A stretch of 64,000 nt of DNA from an uncultured virus (IMG/VR IMGVR_UViG_3300009503_000955) (taxonomy: Duplodnaviria; Heunggongvirae; Uroviricota; Caudoviricetes), in the IMG/VR virus record IMGVR_UViG_3300009503_000955; one strand, 5' to 3'. A program made the translations under genes and the position numbers. A model generated the notes under the pieces. It was not told the DNA's origin. It did no database searches and was given only the letters and a program-made list of their open reading frames with translations. Below are positions 40,739 to 49,794 of this stretch, in pieces. Every line of letters starts with the position of its first letter. The stretch's first letter is position 1.

Positions 40739-41740
40739 ATGTACAAATACAAAATTGAAGATATAGAAAATAAAATTTTATGTGGAGATGTATTTCAAGA
40801 ATTACAGAAGTTTCCTTCTAATGTAATAGATATGATTATAACAAGTCCTCCTTATTTCAATCAGCGTTCTTATTTGCCTGAAACTGATAAAAATAAAAAA
40901 TTTGAAATAGGATTAGAAGATAATCCACAAGAATATATTGATAAAATAGTATCAGTATGTTTAGAATGTGTAAGAGTTTTAAAAAATACAGGAGTTTTCT
41001 TTTTGAATATAGGAGATTTTTTTTATAACTCATCAATAAAACATAAAACTAATTGGTTAAAAGAAAAAGGAAAATTATTATTACCTATGAGAATTGCTAT
41101 TGCTCTGCAAGATAAAGGAGTATTAATTAGAGATACTATTATCTATGTAAAAAAATTAACAAAATATCCCGAAAAAGTATCTATTGGAACGACTTTACCC
41201 GCTTCAACAAAAGATAAGTTTTTACCAGCTTTTGAATATATATTTCAAATAGTTAAAAGTAAAAATTATTACTTTAATTTAGAGCCATTAAAAACAGAAA
41301 TAAAAAGAAGTCCTATAATAAGAACAAAATATCCAATAGTAGAAACTTATTCAGAAAATAGTTCTTATAAAAAGTCAATGTCTGGTGTTGAGAAGTTTAG
41401 AAGAAAATATTCATCTGCTTTTGAAGGTGATTCATGGAATCTTACATTAAAAAATCCTATATTTAGAGCCAATCCTACAAATGTTGTTATGTTTAAACCA
41501 AATAATCAATTTACTAACAATAAAGAGCATTACGCTCAATTTCCTGAAACATTAGTAGAATTTTTTATTATTGTAGGATGTCCTGAGAAGGGTATAGTAT
41601 TAGATCCATTTTTAGGAAGTGGAACTACTGCTATAGTAGCAAAAAAGTTAGGTAGAAAGTTTATAGGTATAGAATTATATGAGAAGTATTGTAAAGCAGC
41701 AGTAGAAAAAGTTGAAAATATACCAGAAAGCATGTTTTAG
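40739..41740 (+). CDS. Beta-class N4-cytosine/N6-adenine DNA methyltransferase
   Basis: ITSPPY, HYAQFP and VLDPFLGSGTT. Confidence 0.95.
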   Translation: MYKYKIEDIENKILCGDVFQELQKFPSNVIDMIITSPPYFNQRSYLPETDKNKKFEIGLEDNPQEYIDKIVSVCLECVRVLKNTGVFFLNIGDFFYNSSIKHKTNWLKEKGKLLLPMRIAIALQDKGVLIRDTIIYVKKLTKYPEKVSIGTTLPASTKDKFLPAFEYIFQIVKSKNYYFNLEPLKTEIKRSPIIRTKYPIVETYSENSSYKKSMSGVEKFRRKYSSAFEGDSWNLTLKNPIFRANPTNVVMFKPNNQFTNNKEHYAQFPETLVEFFIIVGCPEKGIVLDPFLGSGTTAIVAKKLGRKFIGIELYEKYCKAAVEKVENIPESMF

Positions 41741-41818
41741 GTAGTGTTTCGTAGATAATTATAAAGTTATCTATGCATTTCGTAGATAACTATAAGATTA
41801 TTCATAAAAGGGAGGTAT

Positions 41819-42622
41819 ATGATTAGAAAAATTGAAGTAAAGAAAAGTATTGCAGTAATATCAGATACTCATATTGGAGCGGAGAGAGGATTATTTTTAC
41901 CAGAGTGGGAAGATGAAGAGGGACATAAATATAAAGCAAGTAAATTTCAAATAAGGTTGTGGGAACACTGGCTATATTTTTTAGATAAATGTGATGAGTT
42001 TGGTGTTGATACAGTAATACATCTTGGGGACTTGATACAAGGATACAATAAAAAAGAGTGTGCAGAAAGGTTATTGATTTCAGATATGAACAAACAAATA
42101 GATGTTGCAGTTGAGATAATGAAGACAATTAAGAGAAATAGAAAATTTTTTATTGTATCAGGTAGTCCTTATCACGAGGCAAATGTAAAAATACACAAAA
42201 TACTTGCGGACAGAATAGGCGGAATTTACTGTGGATTTATTACTAATTTAGAAATAAAGGGATGTAATAGAACAATAAACATAGCACATAGTTTAGGTAA
42301 TTCTTCTGTTTATTTATCTACCGCTGTTGATAGAGAGATTTTATTTACGAAGTTTGCGGAAGGATTAGAGAAGATAACAGGAAAGATAGATTTACTTTTA
42401 CGAGGGCACCTGCATCACTTTTTAGAAATTCATCAGATAAAATGTAGAGGTATCCTTGTCCCATCTTGGCAAGGATTTGAAGGGTATAATTTAACTACAA
42501 AACTGTTTTCAAGAAAAATCCCTGATATCGGCGGTATTATTTTAGTATTTGATAAAGATAATAAGATTTATACTATACCATATTTGATGAATTATTCTTT
42601 TACTGATATTTTGCAAGTTTAG
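41819..42622 (+). CDS. Calcineurin-like metallophosphoesterase
   Basis: ISDTHIG, HLGDLIQG, GSPYH, IAH and RGHLH. Confidence 0.9.
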   Translation: MIRKIEVKKSIAVISDTHIGAERGLFLPEWEDEEGHKYKASKFQIRLWEHWLYFLDKCDEFGVDTVIHLGDLIQGYNKKECAERLLISDMNKQIDVAVEIMKTIKRNRKFFIVSGSPYHEANVKIHKILADRIGGIYCGFITNLEIKGCNRTINIAHSLGNSSVYLSTAVDREILFTKFAEGLEKITGKIDLLLRGHLHHFLEIHQIKCRGILVPSWQGFEGYNLTTKLFSRKIPDIGGIILVFDKDNKIYTIPYLMNYSFTDILQV

Positions 42623-42690
42623 GTCAACTTATTTTAGTTGACTTTACATTAGTCAGCCAAAAATGGTTGACGAAAAAAAGGAGGGGAAAA

Positions 42691-42885
42691 ATGGAAAAGA
42701 AGGTTAATGTAGCATTATGGTTTAATTCTACCGAGGATGGAAAAAAATGGATGTGGAGAGAAACAAAAACTTTTGATATAAATGAACCAATTTCTAAAAT
42801 TTATGATTGGTTTAAAACTTTTCAGAACAAAGAAGTTAAAATTTGTGAAATTGATTTTAAAAGGAGGCAAGAGGAAGAAAAATGA
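42691..42885 (+). CDS. Hypothetical protein
   Basis: AGGAGGGG SD before ATG 42691. Confidence 0.55.
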   Translation: MEKKVNVALWFNSTEDGKKWMWRETKTFDINEPISKIYDWFKTFQNKEVKICEIDFKRRQEEEK

Positions 42886-43207
42886 ATAAATATTCTTATG
42901 TTTTCGTCTGGAAAAATAATCCTATCAGAGAAAATTTTATAACAAAAAATGTAGAATAATAAAGAAAATGTCAATGAATAGTGTTATTTTAGAATTTGAA
43001 GATGGTGGATTTACACTTGAATATCAGTTAAATTTTCAAGATATAAAAGGAATTAAAAAAATAAATGGGACTTATGAAGAAATCTTACGAGGAAGAACAA
43101 TTAGAGGAGAATTAGTTGATGGACATTTTGTAGAATGGTGGGATAATTTTGAAGTTATTGGAAACATTTATGAAAATCCAAAACTTTTAAAGGAGGGGGA
43201 AAAATGA
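42882..43207 (+). pseudogene. Frameshifted/chimeric small gene ending in a YopX-type C-terminus
   Basis: ATG 42882 MNKYSYVFVWKNNPIRE joins the 42968 ORF by a -1 shift at A AAT TTT. The C-terminus FEVIGNIYENPKLL is the YopX signature. Confidence 0.5.
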
Positions 43208-43443
43208 GAAAAGGTGTAAGAAATATAAAATTTGACAAAAGAAGTTCACTTCAAAGTTATGCTTATGAATGGTTAAATAGCAGAGGTTTATTTGATGAAG
43301 ATGCAGGTTATGGAGGAATGTTGGGGGAAGCAGTTATGGAATTAGTAAAAGTATTTTCTAAACAAGGACATTCTGGATTTTCTGCCCAACTTACAAAGCA
43401 TCTATTCAATGAACTATTATCTGATTATGAAAATGGGAAGTAA
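43204..43443 (+). CDS. Conserved-looking phage hypothetical protein
   Basis: AVMELVKVFSKQGHSGFSA motif, SD and ATGA overlap. Confidence 0.65.
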   Translation: MRKGVRNIKFDKRSSLQSYAYEWLNSRGLFDEDAGYGGMLGEAVMELVKVFSKQGHSGFSAQLTKHLFNELLSDYENGK

Positions 43444-43444
43444 A

Positions 43445-43537
43445 ATGAGCGCAAATCGTTACGTTTACGTCTAGAAAATAATCCTGTCAGAGAAAAATTT
43501 TATAAGAAAAGATGTAGAATAATAAAGACAATGTCAA
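43445..43537 (+). pseudogene. Decayed second copy of the 42882 gene start
   Basis: About 80-bp direct repeat of 42896-42974 with TGG changed to TAG and a 1-nt loss. Confidence 0.55.
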
Positions 43538-43576
43538 CCAATAAAAGGTTGTAAAAAAGTAAGGGAGGAATAAATA

Positions 43577-45283
43577 ATGAAATTTGAAGAGATGATAAAT
43601 AAAATTCATTGTGCAGATTGTTTAAAATTTATGAAAGACATTCCAGATGAAAGTATTGACCTTGTTTTAACTGATCCTCCTTATAATATTAGTCAAAAAA
43701 ATAAAATATTTAGAGATTATAGAAGTGGCAAAAGAAGTGATATTAAAATGGATTTTGGTGAGTGGGATTATAATTTTCAAATAGAGCCATTTTTAAAAGA
43801 AGCAAAAAGAGTTTTAAATGATTTTGGAAGCATAATTGTTTGGACATCAGAACAACTTTACGGAAAATATAGAGAGTGGTTTGAAAAAGAAATGTATCCG
43901 AAACAACTACTTGTGTGGGTGAAATGTTTACACGGTCATACTAAACTATTAGCAAGAGTAAATGGAAAAGTGTCATTGACTACTGTAAGAGACTTATATA
44001 GAAGTAGTTATATTTTGGGAACTACTGTAGAACTATTAGCCCCTGAAAGAAAATGGGTAAAAGTGGTTAACTTTGTAGAAAACGATTCTATATCAGAAGG
44101 TAAAGTTATCTATTTAAGAAATGGAAGTAAAATTAAAGTTACAAATAATCATTATTTTCTGGTTAATAATATTTTAGTGCGAGCAAAAGATTTGAAAGAA
44201 CACGATATTCTGGATAATGGTAGCAACATTATCCAGGAAAATAAAGATTCTATATTGAGAAAAGAAGAAGGTTGGCTAATCGGTCTTTTTATAGCAAAAG
44301 GAAATTACCAGAAGGGTAATGAAATAAGATTCTTTTTAAATAAAAATGAAATTAATTTTTTTGAGAAGTTATCAAAGTTGACAGCTAAATATAATGGGAA
44401 TATAAGAAAACATATAAGCAAGGATGGTAATGGAATGGCTGTAATCATAAACAGTCATATTCTAACGGGATTGGTAAAAGAATTTGTAAAAGATAAGGGC
44501 TCAAAATACAAACACTTAAGCAATAATTGCTGGAATACAAATAAAGACTTTTTACAAGGAATATTCAAAGGATGGTTAGATGGAGATGGAAATTATGATG
44601 AAAAAGCAAAAAAGTGGATTGTAGAATTTGCAGTAAATACTAAATTAAATGATGATATGAAATTATTAGCAAATATACTAGGATATTCATATAAGAATAC
44701 GCACAAATTTGTTAATGCCTTTGGTAAAAGATTCAAAGTAATTCTATCACATATCAAAAAAGAGAGAACAGAACATTTTAATTCTAAAAGCGATTATGAA
44801 ATAATAAGAATAATAAACACAAAGTTAAAGTCTTATGAAATATCATTAGAAAATAATCATACTTTTTTATTATTTGATGGAACTATAGTTCATAATTCAA
44901 ATCCACTTCCTCAATTTCGGCTTGTAGGATATAGACAGGCTACAGAACTGTTATACTGGGCGTTAAAAAAGAAAAATACAAAAAATAATCCAAATTTTCT
45001 ATTTTTAAAACAATCAGAAATGACAAATGTTTTTTATGCTCCAATTGTAGGTGGAGAAGAAAGAACTATTCATCCAACTCAAAAACCATTATCAATTACT
45101 CAACAACTTATTATGAGACATTGCAGAGAAGGTGGTATAGTATTAGATCCGTTTTTAGGAAGTGGAACTACTGCAGTTGCCTGTAAACGGTTAAAAAGAA
45201 AATTCATAGGTATAGAAATTAATCCTGAATATTGTAGAATAGCAGAAGAACGATTAAAAAACGAGCCAGAACCGTTGTTTTAG
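43577..45283 (+). CDS. Beta-class DNA methyltransferase (DPPY) interrupted by an intein
   Basis: LTDPPYN in the N-extein. HPTQKP and DPFLGSGTT in the C-extein. Confidence 0.95.
   Translation: MKFEEMINKIHCADCLKFMKDIPDESIDLVLTDPPYNISQKNKIFRDYRSGKRSDIKMDFGEWDYNFQIEPFLKEAKRVLNDFGSIIVWTSEQLYGKYREWFEKEMYPKQLLVWVKCLHGHTKLLARVNGKVSLTTVRDLYRSSYILGTTVELLAPERKWVKVVNFVENDSISEGKVIYLRNGSKIKVTNNHYFLVNNILVRAKDLKEHDILDNGSNIIQENKDSILRKEEGWLIGLFIAKGNYQKGNEIRFFLNKNEINFFEKLSKLTAKYNGNIRKHISKDGNGMAVIINSHILTGLVKEFVKDKGSKYKHLSNNCWNTNKDFLQGIFKGWLDGDGNYDEKAKKWIVEFAVNTKLNDDMKLLANILGYSYKNTHKFVNAFGKRFKVILSHIKKERTEHFNSKSDYEIIRIINTKLKSYEISLENNHTFLLFDGTIVHNSNPLPQFRLVGYRQATELLYWALKKKNTKNNPNFLFLKQSEMTNVFYAPIVGGEERTIHPTQKPLSITQQLIMRHCREGGIVLDPFLGSGTTAVACKRLKRKFIGIEINPEYCRIAEERLKNEPEPLF
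43925..44896 (+). mobile_element. Intein with LAGLIDADG homing endonuclease domain (324 aa)
   Basis: WVK|CLHGHT (block A), VTNNH (block B TxxH), GLFIAKG and GWLDGDG (blocks C/E), IVHN|S (block G, Ser+1). Confidence 0.93.
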
Positions 45284-45287
45284 AAAT

Positions 45288-45653
45288 ATGGATTTAAAAC
45301 ATAATGTTTTAAAATGGGTTAAGGGAAAACCCACTGATATTGGTGGAGTAAAAGACGGTATTTTTTATAAATATTGGCAAAGTAAGAATATGTGCTATAA
45401 TCCAAAAGGAATTTCTATTTCTAAAGATGTTTTTGAAAAATATAAAGATAAATTTGATGAAATTGTAGTATTTATAGAAGATACAAACGAAGTCTATAAA
45501 GTTAAAAAAGACATATTTATAAAAAATTATAAAGTAGCTGATTTTGGAATGGGAGTAAATTATATTTTATCTACTAAATTTTGGGATAAAAGAAATAATA
45601 AAACAGGCCTTTGGGAAAAACCAACAACATTTGATGAACAAACTTTATTTTAA
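45288..45653 (+). CDS. Hypothetical protein ending QTLF
   Basis: Tightly packed in the methyltransferase operon. Confidence 0.7.
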   Translation: MDLKHNVLKWVKGKPTDIGGVKDGIFYKYWQSKNMCYNPKGISISKDVFEKYKDKFDEIVVFIEDTNEVYKVKKDIFIKNYKVADFGMGVNYILSTKFWDKRNNKTGLWEKPTTFDEQTLF

Positions 45654-45661
45654 CAATATAT

Positions 45662-46360
45662 ATGGATAAGTTTATAAATCAAATAATTTGTGGGGACTGT
45701 GTAGAAATTTTAAAAGAAATACCAGAGAGAACTATAGATTTTATTCTTACAGATCCTCCATTTAACGTTGGGATTGACTATGGAGAAAGTGAATATGATG
45801 ATAATATGAAAGATAATGAGTATGCAAACTGGTGCTATAAATGGATAGTAGAATGTTATAGGGTTTTAAAAGATAATCATTATTGTATAATATTTACAGG
45901 AGATAAAAAATTGTTTTATGTAGCAAAAGCTATTTATAATAGTAATTTTATATTTCATCATTTTTTAAAATGGTATAAACCAGGGTGTCAAAGATGTTTA
46001 TCAGGAACAGTATTTTTTAATAGAACAGAACTTGCTTTTATATTATCTAAAGATAAACCTAATATAAGTTTAATAGATAGAACTGTAATGTTTGAAGATA
46101 CTTTAAGATATAAAAACACCTCACCAAATCAAAAAGATTCTGTAGAACATAATTGTAGAAGACCTGTGGAATTATATTCTCATATAATTGCTGGATTTAC
46201 TAAAAAAGAAGATATTGTACTAGATCCATTTTTAGGTAGTGGAACAACAGCTATTGCTTGTAAAAGATTAGGTAGAAAGTTTATAGGTATAGAAATCAAT
46301 CCAGAGTATTGTAAGATTGCAGAAGAAAGATTAGATAACGAATCAGAACCTTTATTTTGA
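45662..46360 (+). CDS. Beta-class DNA methyltransferase (DPPF)
   Basis: LTDPPFN and VLDPFLGSGTT. Confidence 0.95.
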   Translation: MDKFINQIICGDCVEILKEIPERTIDFILTDPPFNVGIDYGESEYDDNMKDNEYANWCYKWIVECYRVLKDNHYCIIFTGDKKLFYVAKAIYNSNFIFHHFLKWYKPGCQRCLSGTVFFNRTELAFILSKDKPNISLIDRTVMFEDTLRYKNTSPNQKDSVEHNCRRPVELYSHIIAGFTKKEDIVLDPFLGSGTTAIACKRLGRKFIGIEINPEYCKIAEERLDNESEPLF

Positions 46361-46363
46361 AAA

Positions 46364-47179
46364 ATGTTAAAATATAAAGATGATTTTGTGGAAGTATGGA
46401 ATAATGATTCTAGAGATTTGTCTTTTATAAAAGATAAATCAGTTCATTTAGTTATAACATCTCCTCCTTATAATGTAAGAATGAATTATTCTGCTTATAA
46501 TGATGCTTTAGAATTAGATGAGTATTATAATTTATTAAGAGAAGTATTTTCAGAGTGTTATAGAGTTTTAGTTCCAGGAGGTAGAATAGCAGTAAATTGT
46601 CCAAGTTGCTGTCGGCAAACTACTGTTTCAAAAAATGCATTTGTTGCTGTAAATATACATAATATTTTAAAAGAAATAGGTTTCTTGCCAAGAGAATGGG
46701 TAGGCTGGGTGAAAGTTCCACCAATAGAAAATGAAACTGAGTATAAAGATATACATAGACATCAGAGATGGGGAAAGTCCACAAGTTGGGGGTCATGGTG
46801 TAGTCCATCCGATTCCTACTTGCGAGATGTTATGGAATATATAATAGTAATGTATAAAGAACAAAGTAATTTAGAAGGAGATAAAAATAAAATAGATATA
46901 ACTAGAGATGAATTTTTAATGTATTCTAATAATTGTTGGTTTATTTTACCAACAACAGAAAATAAGTCAGGACATCCAGCAGCATTTCCTGAAGAATTAG
47001 CTTATCGTTTAATGAAGTTTTATACTTATCAAGAGAATGTAATATTAGATCCTTTTGCAGGTTCAGGTACTGTAGGAGTAGTTGCAAAAAGATTTAAAAG
47101 AAAAGCTATCTTAGTTGAAATAGATAGTGGTTATTGTGATTTAATAAAACAAAAAGTAAGTCAAGAATATTTGTTTTAA
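46364..47179 (+). CDS. Beta-class DNA methyltransferase (SPPY, probably N4-cytosine)
   Basis: ITSPPYN, HPAAFP and ILDPFAGSGT. Confidence 0.95.
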   Translation: MLKYKDDFVEVWNNDSRDLSFIKDKSVHLVITSPPYNVRMNYSAYNDALELDEYYNLLREVFSECYRVLVPGGRIAVNCPSCCRQTTVSKNAFVAVNIHNILKEIGFLPREWVGWVKVPPIENETEYKDIHRHQRWGKSTSWGSWCSPSDSYLRDVMEYIIVMYKEQSNLEGDKNKIDITRDEFLMYSNNCWFILPTTENKSGHPAAFPEELAYRLMKFYTYQENVILDPFAGSGTVGVVAKRFKRKAILVEIDSGYCDLIKQKVSQEYLF

Positions 47180-47989
47180 ATGGAAAAAGATATTAATAAA
47201 TATATAAATCAAATAATAAATATGGATTGTGTAGAAGGGATGAGACTTCTACCTGATGAATCAATTGATTTAGTAGTCACTTCTCCTCCTTATGATGAAA
47301 TTAGAACTTATCATGGATTTAAATTAGACCTTCATAAAGTAGGACAAGAAATTTATAGAATACTTAAAAAAGGTTGTGTATCAGTAGTAGTTATTCAAGA
47401 CCAAACAATAAATTATGGGAAGACACTTACTTCTTTTAGAACAATAGTTGATTGGTGTGATAATATCGGTTTTAAACTTTTTGAATGTCTAATTTACAAA
47501 AAATATGGAGCAGAAGGAGCTTGGTGGAATAAAAGATTTAGAGTAGACCATGAATATATGCCTGTATTTCTTAAAGGAGATAAACCTATATATTTTAATA
47601 AAGAACCACTTAAAATACCTTCTAAATGGGGGGGAATTACTTTAACAGGTGGAGCTACTCGGCTTACTACTGGACAAACATTAAAAGCTAGACCTATAAA
47701 AATAAATGAAAAGAAATGTAGAGGAACTGTATGGGAATATTTAACTTGTGGAGATGGAGATAAATTAAAACATCTTCATCCTGCTACTTTTCCAGATAAA
47801 CTTCCTTATGATTTTATTCAATGTTTTTGTCCACCCGATGGGATAGTGTTAGATCCGTTTATTGGAAGTGGAACAACAGCTGTTGCTGCTAAAAAATTAG
47901 GCAGAAAGTTTATAGGTATAGAAATAAGTTCAGAATATTGTAAAATTGCAATACAAAGAATTGAAAATATATCAGAACTATTATTTTAA
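47180..47989 (+). CDS. Beta-class DNA methyltransferase (SPPY)
   Basis: VTSPPYD, HPATFP and VLDPFIGSGTT. Confidence 0.95.
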   Translation: MEKDINKYINQIINMDCVEGMRLLPDESIDLVVTSPPYDEIRTYHGFKLDLHKVGQEIYRILKKGCVSVVVIQDQTINYGKTLTSFRTIVDWCDNIGFKLFECLIYKKYGAEGAWWNKRFRVDHEYMPVFLKGDKPIYFNKEPLKIPSKWGGITLTGGATRLTTGQTLKARPIKINEKKCRGTVWEYLTCGDGDKLKHLHPATFPDKLPYDFIQCFCPPDGIVLDPFIGSGTTAVAAKKLGRKFIGIEISSEYCKIAIQRIENISELLF

Positions 47990-47992
47990 AAA

Positions 47993-48877
47993 ATGTATAA
48001 AATAGGAGATATACAAAATCAAATAATTTGTGGGAATTGTGTAGAAATTTTAAAAGAGATACCTGATAATTCATTTCATCTAGTTATTACTTCTCCGCCT
48101 TATTCTAACTTAAAACATTATTCTGATTTGAAAGATGATTTAGGAAATTTAGATATATATAATCAAATTCCAATTTTTGAAAATATTTTTAAAGAAATAC
48201 ATAGAATTTTACAAGCAGGTAGAAAGTTCATTTTATTTTTTTGTGATATTTCAATAAAAAAAGATGGTACATATTTTATAGAAAGTCCTACATATTTATT
48301 AATTCCAAAAATTTTAAATTTGGGAATTAATATAAAAAATATATTCATTTGGAGAAAACGTGGAAGTTTCAGTGTTTGGGGAAATAGTGGAACTCTTCCA
48401 TATCCACCATCTCCAGTTATTCGAAGTTATTTTGAATATATTTTTGTGTTTTGTAAGATAGGACAATCGGATTATTCTCATATTACAAAAGAAATTAAAC
48501 AAAGATCATTAATTCCTGTAAAAGATATAATGAAGTTTAGTGGGGTTTTAGATTTTGCTAATTCTAATTATCTTAAAAAAATTCATCCAGCTATTTTTCC
48601 TGAAGAATTAATAAGAAATTTAATAATGTTATATTCGTTTGTATCTGAAAATGTATTAGACCCATTTGCTGGAATAGGTACAGTTGGTATAGCTGCTAAA
48701 CAGCTAGAAAGAAATTATACTTTAATAGAATTGAATCCTAAATATGTAGAATTTTTTAATGAAAAAATAAAAAGTGAAAATTCTATCGTAGATAAAATTT
48801 TAGAAAGAGTTAAAATACTAAAAAACAGCAAAAAAAGTACAAAAGAACAATCTATTTTAGGTGATACATTATTTTAG
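47993..48877 (+). CDS. Beta-class DNA methyltransferase (SPPY)
   Basis: ITSPPYS, HPAIFP and VLDPFAGIGT. Confidence 0.95.
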   Translation: MYKIGDIQNQIICGNCVEILKEIPDNSFHLVITSPPYSNLKHYSDLKDDLGNLDIYNQIPIFENIFKEIHRILQAGRKFILFFCDISIKKDGTYFIESPTYLLIPKILNLGINIKNIFIWRKRGSFSVWGNSGTLPYPPSPVIRSYFEYIFVFCKIGQSDYSHITKEIKQRSLIPVKDIMKFSGVLDFANSNYLKKIHPAIFPEELIRNLIMLYSFVSENVLDPFAGIGTVGIAAKQLERNYTLIELNPKYVEFFNEKIKSENSIVDKILERVKILKNSKKSTKEQSILGDTLF

Positions 48878-48884
48878 AAATTAT

Positions 48885-48913
48885 TTGACAATATAGTGGT
48901 TTTTAGGTATAAT
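48885..48913 (+). promoter_or_regulatory. Consensus sigma70 promoter
   Basis: TTGACA (48885-48890), 17 nt, TATAAT (48908-48913). ATG follows at 48919. Confidence 0.9.
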
Positions 48914-48918
48914 ATACT

Positions 48919-49248
48919 ATGAGAGTTAAAAAGTTTTTAAGAATACTTAAAGATATACAGAAACAAGAGATAGATATAATTATTAATAAAAGTCATGATT
49001 ATGCTAATAAAGAAAATATATTTTCAAATTTTGAAATAGTATCTAAAATTGTAGGTTGTAATCCTGAAATTGTATTTTTAACTATGATTGGAATAAAAAT
49101 AGCAAGATTATCTGAATTATTAACTAATAAGAAAGTTCCTAAAAATGAAGCAATAGAAGATACTATTCTAGATATGCGGAATTATTTAGGGTTATTATAT
49201 GGATTTTTGAAAAATAATAAAAAAGGAGAAAAAAATGAAAAAAGTTAA
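48919..49248 (+). CDS. Nucleotide-modification-associated domain protein (DUF1599-like, all-alpha NTP pyrophosphatase-related)
   Basis: KSHDYA..NF..IKIARL..IEDTILDMRNY. Confidence 0.75.
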   Translation: MRVKKFLRILKDIQKQEIDIIINKSHDYANKENIFSNFEIVSKIVGCNPEIVFLTMIGIKIARLSELLTNKKVPKNEAIEDTILDMRNYLGLLYGFLKNNKKGEKNEKS

Positions 49249-49459
49249 TATTTTCATAGATTATTTTGATAAGTATTTATTTGATTTTTTTGTTGATAAA
49301 AAAGAAAATAGAGATTACTTAGATGATTTAAATGAAATTGTTAAGGCAAAAGTATCTAAAGAAAAGATTAAAAAATGGGGAAAATTAAAAAAAGAATTTA
49401 ATAATTATCAACAAGAATTACTTGAACTGTATGTTAAATATAAACTGTTGAACTACTAA
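49235..49459 (+). CDS. Hypothetical protein
   Basis: AGGAG SD. Confidence 0.6.
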   Translation: MKKVNIFIDYFDKYLFDFFVDKKENRDYLDDLNEIVKAKVSKEKIKKWGKLKKEFNNYQQELLELYVKYKLLNY

Positions 49460-49530
49460 AATATGCTAAAATAAGTTATGTAAAAATACATAAAATAAAA
49501 GAATTGAAAAAAAGATAAGGAGGTGAAATT

Positions 49531-49794
49531 ATGATTTACACAATTGCTTTTATAGTTACTAGAATTTTTTGGTTAGCTTCTTTGATAATAAAAGAGTGGG
49601 GAGTTTTTGTAGGACTAGTAGAACAAATGATTAAGATATTAGTAGGAATAACTTCTCTTACTCCAACGAGAGAAGATGATGAGGTAATACAATATGTAGA
49701 AGATTTATTTGATAGAATACAAGAAAAAATTTATGGTTGTTGCACAAAAATAGTAGAGTTTTATAACAATGTTTGGATTAAAATTGTAAAATAA
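49531..49794 (+). CDS. Small membrane/holin-like protein
   Basis: Hydrophobic N-half, LTPTREDD motif, AGGAGGTG SD. Confidence 0.55.
   Translation: MIYTIAFIVTRIFWLASLIIKEWGVFVGLVEQMIKILVGITSLTPTREDDEVIQYVEDLFDRIQEKIYGCCTKIVEFYNNVWIKIVK

Noticed and set aside
40246..48877. Complete restriction-modification systems
   Set aside because: No recognisable endonuclease partner was found. The neighbours are a phosphoesterase and small hypotheticals, so the MTases are treated as orphans.
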